Shown piece after piece: positions 53,545 through 64,000 of a stretch of 64,000 bases of DNA. This stretch comes from Calditrichia bacterium. GTDB lineage: Bacteria > Calditrichota > Calditrichia > JAJRVZ01. The position numbers and the translations under genes were made by a program. Numbering within the stretch: the stretch's first letter is position 1; the number at the start of each line of letters is the position of its first letter. Under the pieces are notes generated by a model, which was given only the letters and a program-made list of their open reading frames with translations, was not told the origin of the DNA and made no database searches. The stretch spans positions 32,001 to 96,000 of the forward strand of contig CAVZSQ010000017.1 in the NCBI GenBank assembly GCA_963777955.1, written 5' to 3'.

Positions 53545-55713
53545 CTAAAATTGTCTTTTTCTTTCTCTGGTGGGCGATTGTTTCCCTGTATGGACATCAC
53601 ATTCTTCAGTGGGTGCATATTTCATAATAAACATTTCATCGATAGTCTGTGGGCAAAGAGGGGTAGCTAACTTTTTTGTTTCTTTACAAATTTTAAGGTG
53701 TACCACATTCGGGGCAACCTCAAATTGGGCTGCAGGAAATTGCAACGAATCATATACCGTTTGCATGAATTGTCCCCAGAAGGGCAAAGCTGCTAAAGAG
53801 CCTGTTTCGCCCCTCCCCAGCGATAATTGAGGATCATCGAATCCAACCCACACTCCGGCCGAAAGTTGGGGGGTAAATCCGACAAACCAGGCATCAGTAT
53901 ACTCATTGGTGGTACCTGTTTTACCGCCGACAGGCATAGTCAACTGATAATCTCTTCTTAAAGAATAACCGGTGCCGTAGTTCACTACTCCTTGCAGCAG
54001 ATTATTCATTATATAGGCTGTTTCAGGACGTAGTACTTCCCGCCCAGGTGAGCGGTTTTGGTATATTACATTACCGGTTTTATCCTCAATCCTGGTAATC
54101 GAAATGGGATTAAAATATATCCCATTATCGGAAAAAACGCTGAAGGCCGAAACCATATCAAGCAGATAAACTTCCGAAGATCCCAGTGCCAGTGACGGTA
54201 CCGCCCTTAGGTTGGTTTTAATACCCATTCTTTTGGCATAATCAACCACCAGCGACGGTCCAATTTCCTGAATCAGACGGATGGTCACCAGATTTTTTGA
54301 ACCGGCTAATGCTTCGCGCAGTGTCATTAAACCTGAAACGTCATTCTCATAATTATGAGGTGTCCAGCGGGTTCCATCATCATTGATCAGCACAAAGGGT
54401 TGATTCAGGAATTCATCCGCCGGGGAGTAGCCATTGTCTATGGCGGCAGTAAAAACAAAAGGCTTAAAGGCTGAGCCGGGCTGGCGCGGAGCCTGTATGG
54501 CGCGATTGTATTTGTATTTGTCAAAATCCCTGCCGCCGATCATAGCCAGGATATGACCGCTGTGCGGATCGAGACAGATAAAAGCAATCTGTACCGTGGT
54601 TAATTCATTGAACAATGAATCAGTTATGGTCGAATCTGATCTGCTATGCAGACGTTGTTGCAAGGAAGATTTATAACGGACCCGTTTCTGGAATTCAGGC
54701 ATAATTGTCTGTACCGCCATATTCATATAGCGTTGAATGCGGGTATCCAGCGTAGTATAAATCCGCAATCCATCCTCATACACATTGACCTGCAGTGAAT
54801 CCTGTAATTGGTTCATCTGTACCCGGATGTATTCAGTGAAATAAGGAGCTATTTTCTTCGTCTCAGAAGCGGGTTTGAGCCGCAGGGGTATTTGTTTTAA
54901 TGAATCATATTCAGCTCTGGTCAGATACCCTTCTTTAATCATGGCATGTAAAACAATATTCCGTCGTTGCAGGCCCCGTTGTGGATTATTTATGGGATTA
55001 TAAGCGCTTTGCGCCCGCAGCAAGCCAATCAACACCGCGCATTCCTCTACGGTAAGCTCTTCGGTATTTTTAGAAAAATAGGTTTGAGCCGCGGATTGTA
55101 TTCCATAAGCATTACTGCCAAAAAAATTGACGTTCAGATACATTTCTACAATTTCACGCTTGGAATAGGTCCGTTCAATCTGAATCGCGGTTAATATCTC
55201 TTTAATCTTGCGGGTCCAGGTCCTGGCCAAGCCAAAATAAAGATTGCGGGACAGTTGCATGGTCAGGGTACTGCTGCCTTGAACTATACGCAGATGGGCT
55301 AAATTCACCAGTAACGCCCGGAAACCGGCGGAGATGTCAACTCCCCAATGACTGTAAAATCGTCTGTCTTCGGTAGCTAATAAAGCCTGCACCAGATAAT
55401 CGGGAAATTTATGATAGGGTACGATCGTTCGATTCTTATAATGAAAATTATCGATGATCTGACCATCACTGGAATATACCTGAGAAGCCAGAGAAGGATC
55501 TATGTGTTCCAGTTTGGTAAGAGAGGGCAAATCCTGGCTGATATACCAGAGAAAGAGGGCAATACCTGCACAGATTATCACTGCCAGGACTATCAACAAC
55601 ATTCTGATCCTTTGTGAGCCTGCAGCGGCCGGATTTGAATTTGTCCGGTCCGGTCGAAATTTCATAGAACTCCGGTTATCGTCGTAGATATTTGACCTGC
55701 GTTTACGCTTCAT
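53545..55713 (-). CDS. mrcA: Class A penicillin-binding protein 1A
   Basis: TG motifs 'EDRRF', 'GSSTLTMQL', 'RKIKE'; TP motifs SAFK, SKN, KTG. Confidence 0.92.
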   Translation of the reverse strand: MKRKRRSNIYDDNRSSMKFRPDRTNSNPAAAGSQRIRMLLIVLAVIICAGIALFLWYISQDLPSLTKLEHIDPSLASQVYSSDGQIIDNFHYKNRTIVPYHKFPDYLVQALLATEDRRFYSHWGVDISAGFRALLVNLAHLRIVQGSSTLTMQLSRNLYFGLARTWTRKIKEILTAIQIERTYSKREIVEMYLNVNFFGSNAYGIQSAAQTYFSKNTEELTVEECAVLIGLLRAQSAYNPINNPQRGLQRRNIVLHAMIKEGYLTRAEYDSLKQIPLRLKPASETKKIAPYFTEYIRVQMNQLQDSLQVNVYEDGLRIYTTLDTRIQRYMNMAVQTIMPEFQKRVRYKSSLQQRLHSRSDSTITDSLFNELTTVQIAFICLDPHSGHILAMIGGRDFDKYKYNRAIQAPRQPGSAFKPFVFTAAIDNGYSPADEFLNQPFVLINDDGTRWTPHNYENDVSGLMTLREALAGSKNLVTIRLIQEIGPSLVVDYAKRMGIKTNLRAVPSLALGSSEVYLLDMVSAFSVFSDNGIYFNPISITRIEDKTGNVIYQNRSPGREVLRPETAYIMNNLLQGVVNYGTGYSLRRDYQLTMPVGGKTGTTNEYTDAWFVGFTPQLSAGVWVGFDDPQLSLGRGETGSLAALPFWGQFMQTVYDSLQFPAAQFEVAPNVVHLKICKETKKLATPLCPQTIDEMFIMKYAPTEECDVHTGKQSPTRERKRQF

Positions 55714-55868
55714 TGTCCAGGGAACATTTAATTTATTGGTTAATATATAGTCATATATATACCTTCGTATGAAAAATAAACAGATTAAAAAATTAATGCA
55801 AGAACTTTACAGACAGTTTCCAAATTTGCACTTGTTATTAAGATTTAAGCCAAGTAAATTAAAAATTC

Positions 55869-57656
55869 ATGAAAATAAGATATTTTATACTGCTGATCAC
55901 ATTGCTCGTGGTACAGTGCAGCGCACCACGAACCGGTTATGTGGTTACACCTGTAGATAAAGAACGTCTGTTAAAAGCCCGCGATCATTTTACCGCCGGT
56001 TTATTCTATCAGCTGGAAAATAACCATGAACAGGCCCTGATTGAATTTTACCAGGTCCTGCTCTATGATTCCCTCTCCACCGAAATTTATAACCGCATCG
56101 CCGAAAACCATATGGCCCTGGGCCGTTATGAAAGTGCTCTGCGCTATCTGCAAAAATCTCAGGGTCAGAAACCCGGCGAAACAGAAACAACCCGTCTGAT
56201 TGCAGAATGTTATTACCGGCTTAAGGATGATGAAAAAGCAATCTATTACCTGAACCTGGTGCTTACCCTTGATCCCCTGGATGAGAATTCCCGGGCCTTG
56301 TTATTGCTGCTTTATCGTAAAACCAATAATCAAATCGGCATGGCGCGGCAATATGAAAAAATGATCGAAGTATACGGTGAGGATGAAGACTGGGTGCGCC
56401 GGGCCGCGACTATCTACCTGGAGAGCGGGCAGATTGATGAAGCTTTGATGCTGTTTCAGTCCTATCTGAATACCGATTCGACCAATGCGGGCATGTGGTA
56501 CAGTGTGGGTACAGCTTATGAGTTGAAAAATCAACCGGATGACGCTGTCAGCGCCTATGAAAAATCCTTAAAATATCTTCCTAAATTTGAACCACCGGCC
56601 CGGGAAATTTATGAGATCTGCCGGAAAAAAAATCAATGGGATAAAATTCTTAATGTCTTCCAATCATTGCATCAGGCTGAACCGACGATATTATTTTACC
56701 GCCTGATTCTGGCCGAAGCCTACCTTAATAAAGATCAATTTCAGCAAACCCGGGAATTGCTGTTGCCCGTGTCTGACCAGCAGGGCTTGCCCTGGCAGGT
56801 TTACGAATTACTGGGCCGCGCCGATATGGAAGAAAAAAAATATCCGAGTGCGGACAATTATTTTCAAACCATCATCGATAAAGATGCTCATAATCCTATG
56901 GGCTGGCTGTTGAAAGGCTTTGTGCTTTCCGACATGGACAGTTTGACCCGGGCCGAACAGCATTATCGCCATTCACTGGAATACCTGCCTGATAATTCCT
57001 ATCTGTTGTCCTTTCACGGCATCAGCCTGAGCAGGCTGGGCCGGGATGAAGAAGCACTGCTGCCGCTAAGCAAGGCCATTGATAAAGATTCAACGAATAT
57101 AAATGCCTGGCTTTCCTACGGATTTGCCTTGAATCGCCTGAATCGCAATTCCGCTGCGGCACTGGCCCTGGAGAAAGTACTTAAACTGGACCCGACCAAC
57201 CTGACGGCCTTAACCACCCTGGGCATGATTTATGATACCATGCAACTATTTTCCAGATCCGATAGTATTTACGAACATGCCCTGCAACTATATCCGGAAA
57301 ATGACTTGCTGATGAATAATTATGCCTACAGCCTGGCCGAGCGGGATGAAAAATTGGAATACGCCCTGGAACTGGCGCTGAAAGCCATCGAGGCCAAACC
57401 GGAGAATGGCGCTTATCTCGATACGGTGGGATGGATTTACTACAAACTGGATAAATTCCAACAGGCCCTCTCGTATATTCAACAATCACTGGCCAACCGT
57501 GAAAATAGCGCTGTGGTGATCGAACACCTGGGTGATGTCTATCTTAAATTAAATCAGCTCTCCGCAGCGGTTAAATGCTGGCGGCGGTCGCTGGAACTTA
57601 CTACCGATCAGGAAACCTTAAAACGCAAACTAGAGCAATATGAGCACGAAAAATAA
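55869..57656 (+). CDS. TPR-repeat lipoprotein
   Basis: Lipobox 'LVVQC'; many TPRs; 'NNYAYSLA', 'YLDTVGWIYY', 'EHLGD'. Confidence 0.85.
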   Translation: MKIRYFILLITLLVVQCSAPRTGYVVTPVDKERLLKARDHFTAGLFYQLENNHEQALIEFYQVLLYDSLSTEIYNRIAENHMALGRYESALRYLQKSQGQKPGETETTRLIAECYYRLKDDEKAIYYLNLVLTLDPLDENSRALLLLLYRKTNNQIGMARQYEKMIEVYGEDEDWVRRAATIYLESGQIDEALMLFQSYLNTDSTNAGMWYSVGTAYELKNQPDDAVSAYEKSLKYLPKFEPPAREIYEICRKKNQWDKILNVFQSLHQAEPTILFYRLILAEAYLNKDQFQQTRELLLPVSDQQGLPWQVYELLGRADMEEKKYPSADNYFQTIIDKDAHNPMGWLLKGFVLSDMDSLTRAEQHYRHSLEYLPDNSYLLSFHGISLSRLGRDEEALLPLSKAIDKDSTNINAWLSYGFALNRLNRNSAAALALEKVLKLDPTNLTALTTLGMIYDTMQLFSRSDSIYEHALQLYPENDLLMNNYAYSLAERDEKLEYALELALKAIEAKPENGAYLDTVGWIYYKLDKFQQALSYIQQSLANRENSAVVIEHLGDVYLKLNQLSAAVKCWRRSLELTTDQETLKRKLEQYEHEK

Positions 57657-58433
57657 ATTCTTCATTTTATCCCTGCTGCTGCTGATGAGTTGCGCTAATC
57701 CCAAATTCGTTCTGGATACTCAAAAAGTATCATTCCGCCAACTTCTGGAATACGTGGAAAACGAACAACAGCAGTCAAAGCTTTGCAGGCGGTCTCACGC
57801 ATTACCATAGATTCCAAAGAGTTCAGCGGACATTTTTATGCCAATATCCTGTATCAGCAAAGCGATTCGTTACTGATCACCGTTAACGGCCTGTTCGGTC
57901 TTGACGCCGGCAATTTATTTATTGGCAAAGACCGTTTTATTTTTTATAATCAAATTACCAATAAGTTTTATAATGGTTCGGTGCAGGATTTCAAATCCAG
58001 AAGATTCATGCAATTCCCGCTGTCTATTTCCGAACTGTCGAACATTTTGCTCGGTAAAGAAAATTTTACGATCATGAAAATCATGGACTACTCGGTGCAG
58101 CAAAATTCATTCCTGATCAAGGCACAAAACGGCGACCTGAATTATAATATCTGGATTGATAATCGCAGCGGCCACATCTTCAAATTGCATGCATACAAAT
58201 TTGACCAGCTGCTTTTCACCCGTGAATATGGTGATTTTATCAAACAAAACGGTATTTATTTTCCCCGTAAAATTATTATGAACCAGGTCGAGGAACACCA
58301 GTCGATAGCCGTCTATTATACCGAACTGAAAATCAATAAAAAAATAAATCCGGATAAATTTGACATTAAAATATCCGATACCGCCCAGCAAATCGATATC
58401 ACCTTAAGTCAGGAAAACAACAAGCAGGAATAA
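57640..58433 (+). CDS. DUF4292/LolA-like lipoprotein (frameshift near 57775)
   Basis: 'MSTKNKFFILSLLLLMSC' lipobox; 'DSLLI', 'FPRKI'; follows the TPR gene. Confidence 0.65.
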
Positions 58434-58435
58434 AT

Positions 58436-59360
58436 ATGGATCTTTCCATTGTCATACCGCTGTATAACGAACAGGACTCACTGGCTGAATTAGTAACCAG
58501 TCTCAGTTTGCAAGCTTAAACCGTTAAATTTAAAATATGAGATCATCTTTGTAGATGATGGCAGCAACGACGGATCCTTGCAGGTCCTGAAATCTTTACG
58601 CCCCCGGTTTCCGCAAATAAAAATATTAAGTTTCCGTAAAAACTATGGCAAGAGTGCGGCACTGTCCCAGGGATTTAAAATTGCTGCCGGTACGATCGTC
58701 ATTACCATGGACGCCGATTTACAGGATGATCCTGCCGAAATTCCCCGCTTGATCCAGCAGATAAATTCCGGTTATGATATGGTTTCGGGCTGGAAAAAGA
58801 AAAGACATGATCCATTGCGGAAAACAATCCCCTCAAAATTTTTTAATTTTACCACAGCCCGGCTAAGCGGAATAAAAATTCATGATTTCAATTGCGGGCT
58901 CAAAGCCTACCGTCAGGAAGTCATCAAGGATATTCCCGTCTATGGCGAACTGCACCGTTATCTGCCGGTACTGGCCCACCGTAAAGGGTATTCGGTCGGT
59001 GAAATTGTCGTACAACATCATCCGCGCAAATACGGATCGACCAAATACGGCTTTCGCCGGTTTTTCGAGGGATTCTTCGACCTGTTAACTGTATTATTCC
59101 TTACCCGCTACCGGCAAAAGCCACTGCATCTGTTCGGGCTTTTTGGCTTAGTCTCTTTCTTCTTTGGATTTTTAATATCCGCTTTCCTGACCATCCAATG
59201 GTTCCAGGGTCATCCTATCGGTAACCGCCCGTTATTATTTCTGGGAATATTATTAATTATTGTGGGTATGCAATCTTTTTCCATCGGTTTAATCGGAGAA
59301 ATGATAACCAATGTAAAAGACGAAGAACGCATCTATTCCATCAAAGAAAAAATGATATAA
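58436..59360 (+). CDS. GT2 polyprenol-phosphate glycosyltransferase (ArnC/DPM1-like; frameshift near 58505)
   Basis: 'SIVIPLYNE', 'VDDGS.D', 'MDADLQDDP', 'HDFNCGLK'; two C-terminal TMs. Confidence 0.88.
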
Positions 59361-59378
59361 CACCTGAAGGACAAGGTC

Positions 59379-61095
59379 ATGGCCGCTAAGAGTTATTTTG
59401 TTCATGAATCCAGTTATGTGGATGAACCGTGTGAGATCGGCAGCGGAACCAAAATATGGCACTTTTCCCATATTATGAAGAATTCCAAAATCGGGGAAAA
59501 TTGCAACATCGGCCAGAACGTGGTAATCTCACCCGAAGTGGTTCTGGGCAATAATGTCAAAATCCAGAATAACGTCTCTGTGTATACGGGAGTGATCTGC
59601 GAAGATGATGTTTTTCTGGGACCATCAATGGTCTTTACCAATGTCAGTAATCCGCGCAGTCATGTGATCCGGCGTCATGAATACCAGGCTACGCGGGTTA
59701 AAAAAGGAGCCTCCATCGGCGCTAATGCGGTAGTAGTGTGCGGTCACGATATCGGTAACTATGCCTTTATCGGCGCCGGTGCCGTGGTCACCAAAGATGT
59801 TCCTGATTATGCGCTGGTGCTGGGCAATCCGGCCCGTATCGCCGGCTGGATGTGCTATTGCGGAGTCCGGCTGAATTTTAATAACAGCAAACAGGCAAAT
59901 TGTACCGCCTGTGGAAAGGAATACCATATGATCAATGAAAATAAAATTGAACAAAAAACCGAATCAGCTGTTGTAAGCAGTGTGCCGCTGCTTGATTTAA
60001 AATTACAGTATGCCTCGATCAGACAGGCCATTGAACCTGCGATCAAAGAGGTCGTTGAATCACAGTACTTTATACTGGGACCAAAAGTTAAAGAACTGGA
60101 AGAGAAAGTAGCCGAATATTCACAGACAAAATACGGGGTCGGAGTCTCTTCCGGTACCGATGCTTTATTGATGGCCCTGATGGCTCTGGATATCCGCAGC
60201 GGTGACGAGGTGATCACCACACCTTATTCCTTTTTCGCCACGGCCGGTGTTATTACCCGCCTCGGTGCCAAACCGGTATTTGTCGATATTCAAGCCGATA
60301 CCTTTAATCTGGACCCCGCTAAAATCGCAGCAGCTATTACCAGGAAAACTAAAGCGATAATTCCCGTACATCTGTTTGGCCAGCTGGCCGACATGGACCC
60401 CATCATGGAAATTGCCGCTAAACATAAAATTCAGGTCATCGAAGATGCAGCCCAGGCCATCGGTTCCGAATACAAGGACGGCAGACGCGCGGGATCCATC
60501 GGACAGCTGGGATGCTTTTCTTTCTTCCCCAGTAAAAATCTGGGAGCTTTCGGGGATGCCGGCATGGTGGTTACCCAGGATAAAATGCTGGCTGAAAAAT
60601 TGCAGCAGACTGCGCGTACACGGGGCCGAATTGAAATACTATCACAAATTTGTCGGCGGTAATTTTCGTATTGATACCCTGCAGGCGGCCATCCTGGTGG
60701 TAAAAATCTCTTACCTCGATTCCTGGACAACTAAACGCCAGCAGAATGCCCGTGATTATATTTCGATGTTTAAAGCGAAAGGACTGGATAAAATTCTTGA
60801 CCTGCCGGTCAGCCTGGATCATTATCGTCACATTTTCAACCAGTTTGTGATCCGCGCTCCCAAACGGGATCAGCTGCTGAAATACCTTAAAGAATGCAAC
60901 ATCGGCTGTGAAATCTATTATCCGGTTGCTTTACATAATCAGGCTTGTTTTGCCTACCTTAATTATAAGCAGGGTTCCTTCCCGGTTTCAGAACAGGCTG
61001 CTGCCGAGACCCTGGCCATTCCGATTTATCCGGAATTGACCCTGGCCCAGAAACAATACGTGGTAGATAAAATACATGAATTCTATTCCAAATAA
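59379..61095 (+). CDS. Fused WbpD-like hexapeptide N-acetyltransferase and WbpE-like DegT/DnrJ aminotransferase (frameshift near 60605)
   Basis: '[12 protein letters not shown]', '[13 protein letters not shown]', then 'VPLLDL', 'SGTDAL', 'EDAAQA', 'SFFPSKNLG'. Confidence 0.85.
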
Positions 61096-62649
61096 ATATG
61101 CACCGGTTTTTCTGATTTGTACTTTTTTGCATACTATGCTAGCAGCTCAGGTCATACAATATCTTGGCGCGGATCGGTTCACACATTATGCCTATGATGA
61201 CTGGATCTCCTACGCCCCTGCCTTAAACATCACCTCGATCGATATGGATGATAATTACGTTTATTTTGCCACCTCGCGTGGTGGAATATTGCGCTACGAT
61301 AAATATCAGAATATCTGGGATTATCCGTTCACCACCAGCAATGGCTTGCGCAGTAACCGTGTCCGGCAGGTAGTCTATAGTGCTGAAGATCTCTTTCTGT
61401 ACGCTGCCACCTCCGCCGGAATTGATCTCTATAATCCTGCGGAAAGGTACTGGCACCCTGCTGATTTCAGCAAACTGCCTCCCCGTATATCACCTGCCGC
61501 AGTTGAACTTGAAGGGATGGATCAGGATAAAAATTTTCGTTATCCCCCTTATTATCGCCCGGCTAATTCAGCCCTGCCTAATTTTTTTACTGAAATATAT
61601 CTCACCTATCAGCCAGGGGGTACTCTCTACGACCGTTACAACCGGGATTTTAATTTTACCGACCGGATTGTCGATCAGCTGGCAGAGACTCTGGATCGGC
61701 AGTAACGGAATGGGTCCGTTGAAAGCCGACCTTTACAATCTGCGCCTGGAATCGTTGCCTCAATCGCTGCCATTCATCAGTCCCCGTGATATTTATCTGC
61801 GGGCTGACCAGGTCTGGATAGGTGGTTCGAATAACAACACCGGTATCGCCGGCATTACATTGTGGAATACCAGTGATAACAGTTGGCGGTATTTTGAAGC
61901 CCCATATATAAATACACTATATAAAGATGATGTCGTCGCTATAGACGGCGACAAAACTCACATCGTCTTCGCCACCATTGATGGTGTGGTCATTTATACA
62001 CCGGCTAAAAACAAGTGGCTTACTTTAAACAGCCAGGCCGGTCTGGAGGGTGACCGGGTTAACGATGTTCTGGTTAAGGGCGATGTAGTTTACGTGGCCT
62101 CAGAATTCGGATTCAATTGGATCAGTCTCAATTCGCTGAAAGTTTATGAATCCGCTCAAACCGTACTTGATCATGTACGGATCAGTCAGTTAGACTTATA
62201 AAGACAGTCTGATCTGGGCTGCCACGCGGTCTGGATTATTCAGCATTGATATAAATCAGGATATAATCAAAAATCATCCCTCTCATGCGGCGATGGTTGA
62301 TTATGATCTGACTGCCATTGAAGCAGTTGCTGATGAAATCTGGATGGCTAACAAGAATGGTATTGCCTATTGGGATCAGCAGCGGGATGAATGGCATAGT
62401 TTCTCGAATTTAAATTTGCTGTTTTCAGTAAGAGATATCACCTATACCGAGAACTGTATCTGGTTTGCCACCGATAAAGGTTTGCTTAAATACAACCGCC
62501 GGCACGATTACTGGCGGATGTTTACCGAAAAAGACGGCCTGATCAGCCGGGATACCTACCATCTCGATCCACAGGATGAATATCTTTGGATTACCACCTC
62601 GGAAGGTATTACCCGTTTTCGCTGGCGAAGCGAAGAACGCATCGACTAG
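61076..62649 (+). CDS. Secreted beta-propeller protein with Reg_prop-like repeats (frameshifts near 61675 and 62198)
   Basis: 'TTSNGLRSN', 'GLEGDRVND', 'IWFATDKGL', 'FTEKDGL', 'LWITTSEG'. Confidence 0.65.
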
Positions 62650-64000
62650 AGCCCTAATTCAAAACTGACCACAAAATTTCTGCCGGGACCGTTGAGGCCC
62701 GAACCATGTTCCCTGTAATTATAATCGAATAAATTCTCCACAGACAACCTGAGTATGGTATTTTCCGTGCTGTGCCAGCTCCCGCGTAAATTTACAATCC
62801 ACCAGCCGGGGGTGCCGCCTGGCGGAATACGCGGGTCATCTTTATCGTCAGCCGAGAGTCGATCCTGCTTTGCGGCAAAACGCAGGTAGAAATCAGCGGA
62901 GAACGCCGGCCCCGACCAGCCCAGACCAGCCAGTCCATATATTGGCGGGATCCCGCCCATGGGTTCATTAATTGCAGTATTCTGTCCAAAGGTGGATGTC
63001 AGATTGAAATACAGATTCAAATTCTTATAAAATTTGTAATGCAAGCTGGTTTCTAAACCTCTGATAAAGGCGCTGCCGGTATTTTGTTTACTTTTAATTT
63101 TATATTCCACACTGTCCCTGATCAGCGTGGCCGATCCCTGATAGGTTGCTTCTGCACTGGTTATCAGATCATGAATTGCTGCATAATAAACCGCTGCTCT
63201 GAAAACCAATCGGGAAAATTTTATTTCACCCCCCAGATCAATGCTGTTTAATTTTTCGGCTCGCAGATCTTTATTGGGAATTTCAAAAATATTGCCTTTG
63301 GATTCACCGAATTTTGACAAATCATTCAGATTGGGTGCACGAAAGGCCTGGGCCATATTCAATCTGAACAGAACCTGCGGCCAGGGTTTATAGATCATCC
63401 CCAGACTCCCTGTAAGCGACTGAAAATTCAAGTCGATTCCGCTTAGAGTAGAATCAAGCGCTTCCGCCGGCAAAAGATTGAAAGCGGTTTGGAAAAAACT
63501 CCATCTGATCCCGGAGACAACTGACCACTTTGAGTGCAACTCGATTTCATCCTGAACAAACATTCCCAGGCTGAGGTATGTCGAGTTATCCGGGTATCTG
63601 CCCCGCGAATCCCTGCTGAAATTTGAATCCATAGTGCCCCGTATAAAGCGCGCACTGGCTATTTTATCCCTGTAGATTTCCGTCCCCAGCGTTAATTGCT
63701 GTTTTCTAAAGGGAACAGTCAAACTTAACAACAGACCTGCTGTTCGTACCCGGTCACTTTCCCTGCTGAGAGCAGAACCGCTTGTCTTCTGCATCTCCCT
63801 GCCCTCCCGTTGTTCCTGGTAAGAAAGGGTGCCGCTAAAAGCAGCCAGCGACCGTGTCGATAAAATAGATTCATACTTTAAATAGAGCAGGTCGCGACTC
63901 TGCGGTTCATAGATCCAGCGGTAATAATTTTCTGTTTCGTACTTGTCATAGCGCGGAACATCATTCTGCCGGCAGTGCTGATAAAGCAGGGTCAGGGCCT
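62646..64000 (-). CDS. TonB-dependent receptor, C-terminal part (continues beyond the window)
   Basis: 'QAFRAPNL', 'PNKDL.AEK', 'VENLFDYNY', 'GPGRNF' barrel motifs. Confidence 0.9.
   Translation of the reverse strand, partial: ALTLLYQHCRQNDVPRYDKYETENYYRWIYEPQSRDLLYLKYESILSTRSLAAFSGTLSYQEQREGREMQKTSGSALSRESDRVRTAGLLLSLTVPFRKQQLTLGTEIYRDKIASARFIRGTMDSNFSRDSRGRYPDNSTYLSLGMFVQDEIELHSKWSVVSGIRWSFFQTAFNLLPAEALDSTLSGIDLNFQSLTGSLGMIYKPWPQVLFRLNMAQAFRAPNLNDLSKFGESKGNIFEIPNKDLRAEKLNSIDLGGEIKFSRLVFRAAVYYAAIHDLITSAEATYQGSATLIRDSVEYKIKSKQNTGSAFIRGLETSLHYKFYKNLNLYFNLTSTFGQNTAINEPMGGIPPIYGLAGLGWSGPAFSADFYLRFAAKQDRLSADDKDDPRIPPGGTPGWWIVNLRGSWHSTENTILRLSVENLFDYNYREHGSGLNGPGRNFVVSFELGL

Noticed and set aside
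1..64000. Widespread pseudogenisation or programmed frameshifting (PrpD, MurU, EnvC, GT2, WbpE, GGDEF-EAL, peptidases, permeases)
   Set aside because: Isolated single-base shifts in otherwise intact conserved genes, with no shared slippery motif, are best explained as long-read consensus errors.

Overview
A 64-kb bacterial chromosomal window. The FlgD-Ig/T9SS-type 'NFPNPFNP' C-terminal domains, LpxH, a TonB receptor and clear Shine-Dalgarno sites suggest an FCB-group organism such as Calditrichota or KSB1 (inference). Most of it is housekeeping and envelope genes: peptidases, GGDEF-EAL, ABC transporters, AmgK-RapZ/MurU, class II RNR, EnvC, PBP1A and surface-sugar genes. Many genes carry isolated single-base frameshifts that look like long-read consensus errors. 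Two regions stand out. (1) 19.97-28.2 kb is an AT-rich island with four tandem paralogues of a secreted protein made of seven ~52-aa repeats (probable 7-bladed beta-propeller). Their loops are variable and aromatic-rich, three have a T9SS-type C-terminal domain, and each sits behind a related leader of heptamer repeats plus AGACGTCT. The island also holds direct repeats, REP-like hairpins, two orphan genes and a tRNA 3' fragment. (2) 12.2-20 kb is a divergent, TrmB-associated tricarboxylate cluster (CitF, citryl-CoA lyase-like, HD protein, isocitrate-type dehydrogenase, PrpD, aminotransferase) with no citD/citE in the window. Candidate sigma54, ECF and sigma28 promoters are also visible. All calls come from reading motifs by eye; no database searches were run.
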